Below, piece after piece: positions 29,034 to 38,387 of a stretch of 64,000 nucleotides of DNA (positions are counted from its first letter, which is position 1; every line of letters begins with the position of its first letter). Under the pieces are notes generated by a model. The model did no database searches, was not told the origin of the DNA, and saw only the letters and a program-made list of their open reading frames with translations. A program made the translations under genes and the position numbers. The DNA is from Waddliaceae bacterium (lineage in GTDB: Bacteria; Chlamydiota; Chlamydiia; Chlamydiales; Waddliaceae). Where the stretch lies: NCBI GenBank assembly GCA_963724325.1, contig CAVRUH010000001.1:320001-384000 (forward strand), given 5' to 3'.

Positions 29034-29540
29034 ATGATTTCAAATAATGATTTATTGAAAAATTATCTTCCACTGAAGATGGAAAAGTATTTTTATAAAA
29101 AACTTCCATCGGAAAATCCTGAAAATATTAAATTGAAAATTATTGAGTTTTTGAAATATGTCTTATTGTCTGAATATAGTGGTGGCCCAATTCCGTTTTC
29201 AAATGAAATAGATGAGATTTGGCATTTATGGATTTTGCAAACCAGACAATATCAGGAATTAATGAATGCCTTACCACACAAAAGATATTTTCATCATTGT
29301 TCCAATTCCTATTATGATCCGGGAGAAAACATGGTCGATCAAGAAACCGAAATTAATCGTCAGATCTCAATTTTAGTTTCTTACATATACTCTTTTGGAC
29401 CATTCAAAGAGGCAGTGCTCCATTTTTGGCCCACAGCCCTCAATTTGTATCACTTGCATGAAGATAATCTTGAAAAAATGAATACTTACTTGATATCTTT
29501 GGGTAAAAAGTCAGACTCACGTTCTTCTTCGACAGAATGA
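29034..29540 (+). CDS. GRDP-like (glycine-rich-domain family) protein
   Basis: EFLKYVLL...IDEIWHLWILQTRQY...YFHH motif. Confidence 0.6.
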   Translation: MISNNDLLKNYLPLKMEKYFYKKLPSENPENIKLKIIEFLKYVLLSEYSGGPIPFSNEIDEIWHLWILQTRQYQELMNALPHKRYFHHCSNSYYDPGENMVDQETEINRQISILVSYIYSFGPFKEAVLHFWPTALNLYHLHEDNLEKMNTYLISLGKKSDSRSSSTE

Positions 29541-29766
29541 TTTGGTTGTAAGTGAAAAGAGCCGGACCTGCAATAGGCATAAATGAATTATGCCTAATGA
29601 TGGCCCAGCCCCATTTCTTAATCCATTAGTAAATTTGGGAGGACAAATCTGATCTCAAGAGATTTTAGATAAATCGTTTGATTATAATCATCTTCATTTC
29701 CTAGCATCATGGAAAGCAACAGCTGCCTGCCCCTTTATAAACGGTGAAATAGACAAATCGGGTCGA

Positions 29767-30417
29767 ATGGATGAAGAAATATTATGTAAGAAAGCTCGTA
29801 TTGAAGAAAATATTCAAGATCGTAAACTAGCTCGAAACTACCTGAGAATGGTAAGATTATTAAGAGTCCCCACGTTTGAATGCAATCAGCATGAATGTGA
29901 TAGAGCTATAATGTTGCTGGCATATGTATTAATTCAGTCTAACTCGGTAAAGTTTAGACAGTTAACATTATCAAATGTGATTGATTTAACTGTTTCTTCA
30001 TTCCCCACTGATTATATATTCCCAATTTATAAGATTACATCGATTGGGAAAAAAGTCTTTAGTTTTGATAACGATCTATTAAATAAATTGAATGATAATT
30101 GTGATGTTAAAAAATTCCGTATTGGAAACTTTGAGGAAGTTGCGCGAAAGATTTTGTTTTATGATTCGGATAATAATTATAACCCTGGGCACAAACAATA
30201 TATTTTAGAAATCGATGATTTGACTGAGGTTCCATTTGAGTATGAGGCAGCACGCACTATCTATGCAATTTGGAAGTTTCGAAAGGATTCATGCTTCAGA
30301 GGGATGCCAAAGGACATTGTAAATAAAATTATAAACATTGTGATGTACAATCCAAGTCTAAAAGCCAAGCTGATAAGAAATATTGATAAGTTAATTCCAA
30401 GATATAACGTTTATTAA
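29767..30417 (+). CDS. Hypothetical protein with a C-terminal F-box-like motif
   Basis: GMPKDIVNKIINIV near the C-terminus; otherwise unrecognised. Confidence 0.45.
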   Translation: MDEEILCKKARIEENIQDRKLARNYLRMVRLLRVPTFECNQHECDRAIMLLAYVLIQSNSVKFRQLTLSNVIDLTVSSFPTDYIFPIYKITSIGKKVFSFDNDLLNKLNDNCDVKKFRIGNFEEVARKILFYDSDNNYNPGHKQYILEIDDLTEVPFEYEAARTIYAIWKFRKDSCFRGMPKDIVNKIINIVMYNPSLKAKLIRNIDKLIPRYNVY

Positions 30418-30442
30418 GTTAGCCTTTCTATTGAAATAAATG

Positions 30443-32098
30443 TGTTAGCGCAAAATAGAAATGATCCCTTTCCGACAAATTAGAAATGATCCCTTTCGAG
30501 ACATCTTCATTATAGCATAAAACCTTTTATTTAACATCTATGTAGTTTTAAGACTTGAACGTAAAGATAAACACTTCAGGAGAGGTTTGCAAAGGGGGCG
30601 AGGAGCCCCCAATTATTTGGGTGTCCAGAGGGCCCTGCCCTTTGGCGCAGGGGAGGGCGAGGGGGGCGCGGAGCCCCCCTCGCCCTTTTGCAGGGACGAG
30701 TCTGAAGTTATAAGCTTATAGTTAGCACCTTTCCATTGTTTTGGGATTAAGCTTATGTCTTTTCCAAGGGTGACCTTTTCCAGGGTTGTGTTTAACTCTT
30801 TCCTTCCAATTCTTAAGCCTTTCTTCTTCAGTTACTTGATTTGGCTTATATGGTAAATCATCAAATATTTGATATTCAATCATTATCCCCTGGTATTGAA
30901 ATATCAATTCATTATCAAGAGTCGTAATGGCAACAATCATTGCCCGTTTTAGTGCCTCCCGTAGATGTTCGGGTGGATTAAGTTGATAAGTTATCTTATT
31001 GTATTGAATTTCTAGGTTTTGTGTTACTTTACATTGTTCCTTTTTACAAAGTGTGTACTTTAAAGACTGGTTTTGCTTTAATTTGCGATGTGCATTGAAA
31101 GTGTTGGCGGGTTCAACCCTGAACCGTTTGTTAAAGTTCTCGATGAAGTTAGGCAAAAACTTATTGGCTTCTTTGATAGTGGAGATACCTGCAATACGCA
31201 TCTCCCATACCAAACGTTCTTGAAGAGTTCCAAAGACCCTCTCAATGCGCCCTTTTGCTTGTGGCGAATGAGCGAAAATTATTTTTACATCAAGCTCCTT
31301 CATAGCTCTTGAAAATTGTGTTTCGGCCCCCTCTTTTCCACCTTGATTAACTTTAAAAGTCCCTCTTTTGTCTGCGTAAAGATTAATAGGAAGTCCTCTA
31401 CTCGAAAAATAAGGCAAACATGTTTGAAAATATGCCTCGGTCGTCTCTTCCTTAGCAAAATATGCACCATAAATGGTTGAGGATGCATCATCAATCAGGA
31501 GATGGAGATGACATTTTGCCCCTCTTTCTTCAAACCACTTATGGTTTGATGCATCAATTTGTACAAGTTCTCCTTCACATTCCCTTCTTTCTCTACGTTG
31601 ATGAATGCTTTTTTTAGACTTCTTTGGGGTCCATAAATGGTACTCAATCATTAACTGCCTTATGAATTCCGATGAATATTTGATATCATGTGCTTCTTCA
31701 AGTTTCTCCGAAATGAATAAAGGGGCGAAACCCTTGTAATATTCACTAATGATTTTCTCTATTTGTTGGCGTCTTTCAAGGGGAATGGCACGGTTACTTT
31801 TTTTACCTCGTTTCTTGGATGCAAGGCCTTTTGCACCTTCAATTTTGTACTTGGCCCACAGCCTTTTAGCCTGTGGATAAGATATACTTAAAAGTGCAGA
31901 TGCCTGCTTTAGGCTAATTACTTTAGATTTGACATTCTCGAGCGTCAATGCTCTTTGAATCTCCTTAGAGCTCATAAAAAGATCCTCCAATTTTACCTCC
32001 TATTGGCTTCTCTTATTAAAAGAAGTCATAATAGGATTTTCTTAATTAGGGATCATTTCTATTTTGTTGAGAGGGATCATTTTTACGTTGCGCCTACA
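30443..32098 (-). mobile_element. Complete IS1202-like (ISNCY) insertion sequence, 1656 bp, with a 16-bp target duplication
   Basis: TGT...ACA ends with 24/30-bp inverted repeats; TA(G/A)AAATGATCCC occurs twice at each end; TCTATTGAAATAAATG is duplicated at 30427-30442 and 32099-32114. Confidence 0.9.
30722..31990 (-). CDS. DDE transposase, ISNCY/IS1202-like
   Basis: GELVQIDASNHKWFE, LIDDASS, YADK, SPQAKGRIERVFGTLQERL. Confidence 0.92.
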   Translation of the reverse strand: MEDLFMSSKEIQRALTLENVKSKVISLKQASALLSISYPQAKRLWAKYKIEGAKGLASKKRGKKSNRAIPLERRQQIEKIISEYYKGFAPLFISEKLEEAHDIKYSSEFIRQLMIEYHLWTPKKSKKSIHQRRERRECEGELVQIDASNHKWFEERGAKCHLHLLIDDASSTIYGAYFAKEETTEAYFQTCLPYFSSRGLPINLYADKRGTFKVNQGGKEGAETQFSRAMKELDVKIIFAHSPQAKGRIERVFGTLQERLVWEMRIAGISTIKEANKFLPNFIENFNKRFRVEPANTFNAHRKLKQNQSLKYTLCKKEQCKVTQNLEIQYNKITYQLNPPEHLREALKRAMIVAITTLDNELIFQYQGIMIEYQIFDDLPYKPNQVTEEERLKNWKERVKHNPGKGHPWKRHKLNPKTMERC

Positions 32099-32188
32099 TC
32101 TATTGAAATAAATGTTGTGAAAAATGATCAAATGTATTAATATGGTTAGTAATTAAAATTAATTTAACAAGATAACAATAAGGAAATT

Positions 32189-32986
32189 ATGATATTAACA
32201 ACAATAACAACATTAGTCATTTTTAAACAAGCAAATACAGTGGAAAAAACTCCAGTTTATCCTAATCCAGATCGTGTAGTGGCCAGCCATAAAGAGTTTG
32301 AAATTAGTGCGAAAGGTCAGGTGCAGATTAAGGATTTAGCAGATCAATTAGGAGTGTATACTTTTGAAGCTTTAGCTACATCTCCACAGTCTCGGGCAGT
32401 AAAAACAATTACACCTATATACGAAAAGATCAAAGAAAAAAATGCGAACATAACATTGACCAAAATCAATGAGTGGGAAGAGGTGAATATGGGAGATCTT
32501 GACGGTTTAACACCAAATGACATTAAAAACCTATACCTTAAGCATTTTCCAACAGAAAAAGCACCTGCGGATTTTAATGATTGCATGAATAAAAAATGGC
32601 CGGTTATTGACGAAAAAGAATATCATTTTGAGACATATCCTGAATTCGGTAAAAGAATCAAAAATGCGACAGAAAAAACCGTAAAACTATTTGCTGGTAA
32701 AACAGTAGGACTTTGCACCCATACTGAAGATATCCGAAATTTGGTTATGGATTCGGTTGGCACCCCAGAATTTTTGGGAACTGAATTTGGAAAAGATATC
32801 TTGAATAAATTACAGGTGAAAAATGGTGATAACTTTAAAGTAGAAGATATTTATCAAAGAACGCTTGGTGAGTTAGGACTTGTTCGAGCGGATTTTAAAC
32901 CTGATGATGCATCGTGGATGAGAATAACCGTCGGGAATGATGGTGTTTTGCGCTTGCATGAAAACCATCGATTCATCGTTCGTTAA
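32189..32986 (+). CDS. Histidine-phosphatase-fold protein with a degenerate active site
   Basis: SPQSRAVKT, EVNMGDLDG, ETYPEFGKR, LCTH; KQA occupies the RHG position. Confidence 0.65.
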   Translation: MILTTITTLVIFKQANTVEKTPVYPNPDRVVASHKEFEISAKGQVQIKDLADQLGVYTFEALATSPQSRAVKTITPIYEKIKEKNANITLTKINEWEEVNMGDLDGLTPNDIKNLYLKHFPTEKAPADFNDCMNKKWPVIDEKEYHFETYPEFGKRIKNATEKTVKLFAGKTVGLCTHTEDIRNLVMDSVGTPEFLGTEFGKDILNKLQVKNGDNFKVEDIYQRTLGELGLVRADFKPDDASWMRITVGNDGVLRLHENHRFIVR

Positions 32987-33002
32987 AGGTATTCAAACGA
33001 CC

Positions 33003-33028
33003 CCTGCATCCCTCTCGGGGGATGCAGG
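33003..33028. terminator. Hairpin between convergent genes
   Basis: CCTGCATCCC-TCTCGG-GGGATGCAGG. Confidence 0.6.
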
Positions 33029-34633
33029 TTAAAAAACAATTTTTTTGTTGAAACAGTCAAGTGCTAATATCTTAAGAGATATCTTTTCTATTTGGTTAAG
33101 GACTCTTATGCCTTCATTATCAAACTCTAGGCTTTTTAAAGGGGAAATTGGCAAAACAATTCTGGAAAAAACAATGAAAAACTTTGCTCTATAATAGGGG
33201 TCTTTCATTTTCTTAACAATTTCGATTGCAAGCTCTTGATCGTACGGAAACATTTTTTTCGAATCATTACCAAGGACAAAATCTTCGCTATTAGACTCTT
33301 CAATATGCTTAAGAGCATTTTTGAATAATTCTTTTCTCTTTGCTGGATATGCTATTCCCATGTCGATAAAAATATCAGAGTATAGTGAACTGGAACTTAT
33401 CAAATTCAGTGTTTTGATTGCTAGTTCTGGATCTATTTCAGGAAGTTTTTTGCAAAAATCGATTAGTCTAAAATCCCGAATTTTATGGGATTCAATTTCA
33501 TCTATTGCCTCCATTGCCGATTTAAAAACTACTTCTGCAATTTCTGGTGCCCATAAAGTGAAGGCATATGCAATGCTTCCAAGAGCCTTTGATCTATTTG
33601 AAGGGTTATTAATTTTGCTGGCCAAAATATGGGCCTCATTCAGCATTTTGATCGCTATTTTATAGTCGGATGCTGCGAAATTCTCAGTGATTATGCAACA
33701 TGATGTGATTCGAAAGAAGATATCCTTGATTGATTCGAGCAGGGGTATCGCCAGAAATGGATTTATCTTTGCGATGATAAATATGATATCTTCGATGACC
33801 GCGTCATGAATTTTTGGATCTAATTGTTCCTTTACAATAGTGATCATATTTTCGAAGCATTCCACTGCTTTCTTTTCCTCTAAATTTTTAGCTGTTTCAC
33901 ATAACATGAGTATCTTCATAGCTGGATCGTCTATTAGACTAGCAGTCTTAAGACATAGATCTAATACTTCATTTTTTTGTTTATCCTGTAGCATTTTGGC
34001 AACACATAATAACGCTTTGGTTTTCTTAACCTGATCTGTAATTGTTAAAGCAAAACTCAAAGCTAGTTGTGGATCACTCTTAGAACATTTTCTTGCAAGA
34101 AATTTAATTAGATCATCTATTTCGTTTAGATAATCAAGGGTTAAAGCATATTTATGGGCTTCAATAAATATTTCAGAGCTTGCTTGTGGATCGAGAAATT
34201 CTGCGATATGAATAAGAGCTTCAATTTGGCAATATTGATTTGTGATTCCTCGTGCTATCGTAAGAGCATCTTTAAGGGTACCCGTGAGAGCATAAAATTT
34301 AGGAATCAGCCTTAGAGAGTTAACGGCTATTTTGTCCCCTTCAGATTTCATAATTGCACCAATGATATTGCAATGTCTTTTGTTTAAAATTTTTTCGACA
34401 TACGAGGCATCATTAAGGAGTTGGCGACAGAGAACTTTTTCCGTTGCAAAAGGCAGCAAATGAGGAACCTCGCACAAAATAGGGGCAACAAGCTTCGGAT
34501 CCAACCATATAACTTTTCTATGATACCAATTTGTACAGGAAAAGCTGATGCGATCCTTAAAATCTAAATGACTTATGATATTCTGAAGTATTTCTAGGGG
34601 TAGTGTAGGGTATATTGTTTCATTACTGACCAT
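33029..34633 (-). CDS. F-box protein with a helical (TPR/HEAT-like) repeat C-terminus, putative effector
   Basis: LPLEILQNIISHLDFKDRISFSCTNWYHR at the N-terminus; repeated A..I.D....AL..IA helices. Confidence 0.8.
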   Translation of the reverse strand: MVSNETIYPTLPLEILQNIISHLDFKDRISFSCTNWYHRKVIWLDPKLVAPILCEVPHLLPFATEKVLCRQLLNDASYVEKILNKRHCNIIGAIMKSEGDKIAVNSLRLIPKFYALTGTLKDALTIARGITNQYCQIEALIHIAEFLDPQASSEIFIEAHKYALTLDYLNEIDDLIKFLARKCSKSDPQLALSFALTITDQVKKTKALLCVAKMLQDKQKNEVLDLCLKTASLIDDPAMKILMLCETAKNLEEKKAVECFENMITIVKEQLDPKIHDAVIEDIIFIIAKINPFLAIPLLESIKDIFFRITSCCIITENFAASDYKIAIKMLNEAHILASKINNPSNRSKALGSIAYAFTLWAPEIAEVVFKSAMEAIDEIESHKIRDFRLIDFCKKLPEIDPELAIKTLNLISSSSLYSDIFIDMGIAYPAKRKELFKNALKHIEESNSEDFVLGNDSKKMFPYDQELAIEIVKKMKDPYYRAKFFIVFSRIVLPISPLKSLEFDNEGIRVLNQIEKISLKILALDCFNKKIVF

Positions 34634-34696
34634 TATTGGCTCCCTGTTACGAAGACAATATCATGATATTTAATGATAAATCTATAAGAAAAAGTA

Positions 34697-34771
34697 TCTG
34701 GGTGACAGGATTTGAACCTGCGACCCCTTGCCCCCCAGGCAAGTACGCTAGCCAAGCTGCGCTACACCCAG
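34697..34771 (-). tRNA. tRNA-Pro(GGG)
   Basis: Reverse complement CTGGGTGTAGCGCAGCTTGGCTAGCGTACTTGCCTGGGGGGCAAGGGGTCGCAGGTTCAAATCCTGTCACCCAGA folds as a cloverleaf; CCA is not encoded. Confidence 0.95.
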
Positions 34772-34781
34772 ATAAAAATGA

Positions 34782-35036
34782 TCAAATCGACTGCAATCCT
34801 TCAAACTGAAGGTTTGAGTTTTTTACTTCTTTAACAGCAAGATCTGCCGCTGCTTTAATGATATCCTCTAGAGTATCACTTGGATCTACCTCAGCATCCA
34901 ATATAGCCACAGAAATAGATGCGGTATAAGATGTTCCGCCTTTTACGCCTTTTGCCTTAAAATTTGCAAATAAGCCCTCTTTTTTTCTGCTTATGTTCTT
35001 AAAACGTATAAGATTATTTTCTGCCAAGTCTTTCAT
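34782..35036 (-). CDS. Small hypothetical protein
   Basis: 84-aa ORF with an AAAGGA RBS, between tRNA-Pro and ung. Confidence 0.7.
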   Translation of the reverse strand: MKDLAENNLIRFKNISRKKEGLFANFKAKGVKGGTSYTASISVAILDAEVDPSDTLEDIIKAAADLAVKEVKNSNLQFEGLQSI

Positions 35037-35117
35037 GTGAGATATCCTTTGTTTTACGCACTGATCTTAGGCGTTTTTTCCTTTATAGTCAATTGAAAAT
35101 AAGCTATTCTCTATAGA

Positions 35118-35801
35118 ATGTTTAAGCTTCAATTAGAATCGAGCTGGGATATAATGTTAGGCGAAGAGCTTCAAAAACCCTATATGGTCAAGCTTTTCGC
35201 ATTCTTAGAAAAAGAATATGCTGGCAATATTCCTATATATCCTCCAAAAGAGCAGATATTTAATGCCTTTTCAATGACCCCTTTTGATGAAGTCAGGGTA
35301 GTTATCGTTGGTCAAGACCCTTACCATGGGCCTGGGCAAGCGCATGGTCTATGCTTCAGTGTTCCGGAGGACGTTCCCTTGCCTCCGTCGCTAAAAAATA
35401 TATTTAAAGAAATACAGGTCGATCTAGGACTTTCTGTACCGGAAAATGGATGTTTAGAACATTGGGCTAGACAAGGGGTGTTGTTGCTTAATACAACGCT
35501 TACAGTTTCGCAAGGGAAGCCCCTATCACATCACAGAAGAGGATGGGAGCAATTTACTGATGTGGTGCTAGAAAAGCTTGCAAATCGAAAAGAACCTGTA
35601 GTTTTTGTCCTATGGGGAAATAATGCGATAAAAAAATGTTCTAGCATCGCCCATTTGAATAATCATCCTCAGCACCTGGTCCTCACCGCCGCACACCCTT
35701 CCCCCCTCTCAGCTAGAAGAGGCTTTTTTGGCTCCCATCACTTCTCTAAAATAAATCAATTTTTAAAAAAACCAATAAATTGGCAACTCAATCCAAAATA
35801 A
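35118..35801 (+). CDS. ung: Uracil-DNA glycosylase
   Basis: GQDPYH, PPSLKNI, HPSPLS. Confidence 0.96.
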   Translation: MFKLQLESSWDIMLGEELQKPYMVKLFAFLEKEYAGNIPIYPPKEQIFNAFSMTPFDEVRVVIVGQDPYHGPGQAHGLCFSVPEDVPLPPSLKNIFKEIQVDLGLSVPENGCLEHWARQGVLLLNTTLTVSQGKPLSHHRRGWEQFTDVVLEKLANRKEPVVFVLWGNNAIKKCSSIAHLNNHPQHLVLTAAHPSPLSARRGFFGSHHFSKINQFLKKPINWQLNPK

Positions 35802-35871
35802 CCCTGTAAAAATAATTTGTAATTTGTTATAATGAAGTTAGAGGCTGGATGGTATTGTAGTAGGAGTTACT

Positions 35872-36276
35872 ATGATAGTAGAAAAAGAGCTAAAAAAATT
35901 GGTTTTAGATTTATCTCAGAAGAACCGAGCTGAGATAGATCTATCTGGCTTTGCAATTATAATTGAAACATATGAAAGTAATTCGTGGGTTTCAATTTCA
36001 ACAACCGTCTATTTCGGCGGTGACTATATTCCACCAAGTGTTCGAAAGTGCGTATCCGAGAAGCCCTTGTTCCTTCGAGGAGCATTGGGTGCCGATCTAA
36101 AGATTTTTGAGGAGACATTTCAGATTAAGTTAAGCTATCTAGGGCAATTGGATTGTGTCGATTGTCCAAAGTTCTTCCAAGCCTTGGAAGATTTCAGGTG
36201 GCTCGCCGAGCAATGGCGCGACTACCTTGACGAACACGACAATAACGATCTCGTCTACATCTACAAAAACCGATAG
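35872..36276 (+). CDS. Hypothetical protein
   Basis: 134-aa ORF with an AGGAG RBS. Confidence 0.7.
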   Translation: MIVEKELKKLVLDLSQKNRAEIDLSGFAIIIETYESNSWVSISTTVYFGGDYIPPSVRKCVSEKPLFLRGALGADLKIFEETFQIKLSYLGQLDCVDCPKFFQALEDFRWLAEQWRDYLDEHDNNDLVYIYKNR

Positions 36277-36294
36277 TACTCACAAATTCCCCCA

Positions 36295-36682
36295 ATCTTC
36301 CTCTTATCCTGTCGCTTGCGATCATGCGCATCCTCTTAACCATTCTCATAATCATCCTCCTCTTATCCTGCTTATCCTGCCGCTTGCGATCATGCGCATC
36401 CTGTAATTTCTGTGCATGCAAACTATTAACAGGATATGCATGATCGCAGGCGGCAGGATAAGCAGGATAAGAGGAGGATGATTATGAGAATGGTTAAGAG
36501 GATGCGCATGATCGCAAGCGGCAGGATAAGCAGGATAAGAGGAGGATGATTATGAGAATGGTTAAGAGGATGCGCATGATCGCAGGCGGCAGGATAAGCA
36601 GGATAAGAGGAGGATGATTATGAGAATGGTTAAGAGGATGCGCATGATCACAAGCGGCAGGATAAGCAGGATAAGAAGATGA
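36295..36682. repeat. Palindromic repeat family, expanded array (68-bp units)
   Basis: Two inverted units at 36295-36402, a spacer, then 68-bp units starting at 36431, 36499, 36567 and 36635 (partial). Each has the core GCATGATC(G/A)CA(A/G)GCGGCAGGATA. Confidence 0.92.
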
Positions 36683-37423
36683 TTAATGAGAAGCATCCCT
36701 GATGGATTTTGAGTATAGTACTCTAGCCTTGGAATATAGAATGGAAAGTTCGTACATGGCGATGAGAGGGATGGCGAGCATGAACTGAGTAAATACGTCG
36801 GGAGGGGTGAAGAGAGCCCCTAAAACAAAGGCAGCAACAATGGCGTGGCGACGCTTGGCCGCCAGTGTTTGTGCTGAAAGAATTCCAAAATGAACAAGAA
36901 AGAAAAGTATCACACACATCTCCATAGCCAAAGCATTCGCCAGTACCAAAATAAGGGTATAATCCAGATAGTTAGAAAGAGTCCATAGGTTGATTCCTAT
37001 CTCCTGATTAAATGAGCTTAGAAACTGATTCGAAAGTGGTATCGTAACAAAATAGGAGAAGAAAACCCCTATTGTTAGAAAAATCATCGAAAGAATCACA
37101 AATGGAATGGCCCAGCGCTGTTCGTTTTTCCTGAGAGCAGGAGCTATAAATTCAAGAATGTAAAATATCCATATAGGCGAAGTAGAAACCATGCCCACCC
37201 AAAAACTTAGTTTCAATGTAGTAATAAATCCTTCTATAGGCCCTAAAACAACTAATCCATTTTGTATTTTTAGCGCTGGCGATATCACAAGATTCAAAAT
37301 TTCTTTATAGAAAAAAAGAGAAATGGCAAGCCCAATGGCAATGGTGTAAATAATTTTAATTAGAGTTTTACGCAGATCCTCTATGTGCTCCCAAAACAAT
37401 GCCGGGGTTTCTATTAAAGGCAT
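36683..37423 (-). CDS. tatC: Twin-arginine translocase TatC
   Basis: HIEDLR, FIAPAL, KRRHA, TPPD...YELSI. Confidence 0.93.
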   Translation of the reverse strand: MPLIETPALFWEHIEDLRKTLIKIIYTIAIGLAISLFFYKEILNLVISPALKIQNGLVVLGPIEGFITTLKLSFWVGMVSTSPIWIFYILEFIAPALRKNEQRWAIPFVILSMIFLTIGVFFSYFVTIPLSNQFLSSFNQEIGINLWTLSNYLDYTLILVLANALAMEMCVILFFLVHFGILSAQTLAAKRRHAIVAAFVLGALFTPPDVFTQFMLAIPLIAMYELSILYSKARVLYSKSIRDASH

Positions 37424-37430
37424 TGAAATA

Positions 37431-37604
37431 TCAATCTTTGGATTTTGATTGTTCTTCTGCGTCCTCTATAGGCTCTCCGGCGGCAGCTTTTTTGAATTCA
37501 CGGATCCCTTTCCCAAGATTTCTGGCAAACTCCGGAAGCTTTTTTCCTCCAAACAGGAGCATAATGATGCATAAAATAACGATAATTTCACCGGATCCGA
37601 TCAT
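37431..37604 (-). CDS. tatA: Twin-arginine translocase TatA (57 aa)
   Basis: Not in the ORF track. [39 protein letters not shown]...; GAGGAGG RBS. Confidence 0.93.
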   Translation of the reverse strand: MIGSGEIIVILCIIMLLFGGKKLPEFARNLGKGIREFKKAAAGEPIEDAEEQSKSKD

Positions 37605-37624
37605 ACTGTCCTCCTCTTAAAAAT

Positions 37625-38374
37625 TTAAACGCTCTCTACTTGGTCGACCAAATCACGCAAATATTCGATTAAATCCAATATTGACTTTTTCTGCTTTTTG
37701 GTGATGCCTAGATTAGGTCTGGTAAATTGATTACAGAGTCTTTGAAGTCCATTGAGAGCGGTTTCTCCGTGGCTAGGGCGCCGTTTGTCGTCCACAGAAA
37801 TGGGAAATGTCTCTCTAATGACACTGAGTATTTGCGCCTTGGTCTCACCTTTGTAATTTTCAACAATCTCTTTCTTTTTTTCTATCGGTCCTGCTCTGCT
37901 TGCTAGTGTATATACCGCTTGCCGAGGCATGGCTTCAATTTGGAGCCTTAGGGGTTTTGGCATCACTTGATAGAACTCGTAGTATTGAAGGAAATTATAA
38001 GGAGTTTGACGGTTCCCATAGGTCCCCATAAGCCATGTTGTAAAGGCCCCTTCTTTATATTTAATCAATATATCATGTGCTTTCTTAATGCGTTCTCCGT
38101 GTAAAATAGCTGCCTGATTGTTGATAGCTTTGACTTCTGAGGTAATTGATATCAAAGCGGGCAGATCATCTGTTATATTGCCTTGGCCTATGGAGTATTC
38201 GCTTAGAATGGCTTCTAAAAATCCCTTTTCATTCTCACTGAGTTCCGAAACACTGAACATACCGCTAAATCCGCTTAGGTTTCCATTGGCTGACTGTTTA
38301 GACATCTGCGCCATCTTAGTCGACGAGTCTGTCTTGTTAAGTCGTTTAGAAAGAAGTGTGTTTACGTCTGACAT
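37625..38374 (-). CDS. Chromosomal pGP6-D paralog (CT583-like)
   Basis: EVKAINNQAAILHGERIKKA, YGNRQTPYNFLQYYEF, MPRQAVYTLASR. Confidence 0.88.
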   Translation of the reverse strand: MSDVNTLLSKRLNKTDSSTKMAQMSKQSANGNLSGFSGMFSVSELSENEKGFLEAILSEYSIGQGNITDDLPALISITSEVKAINNQAAILHGERIKKAHDILIKYKEGAFTTWLMGTYGNRQTPYNFLQYYEFYQVMPKPLRLQIEAMPRQAVYTLASRAGPIEKKKEIVENYKGETKAQILSVIRETFPISVDDKRRPSHGETALNGLQRLCNQFTRPNLGITKKQKKSILDLIEYLRDLVDQVESV

Positions 38375-38387
38375 GATTATTTCCTGT

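Noticed and set aside
27772..34696. Prophage or integrative element at tRNA-Pro
   Set aside because: No integrase, phage genes or duplicated tRNA 3' end was found.
36155..36421. Short ORFs spanning the repeat array, and likewise those at 45506-45825
   Set aside because: Their periodic translations derive from non-coding repeats.
36431..36682. Possible CRISPR array
   Set aside because: Units are contiguous near-identical 68-mers with no unique spacers, and there are no cas genes in the window.
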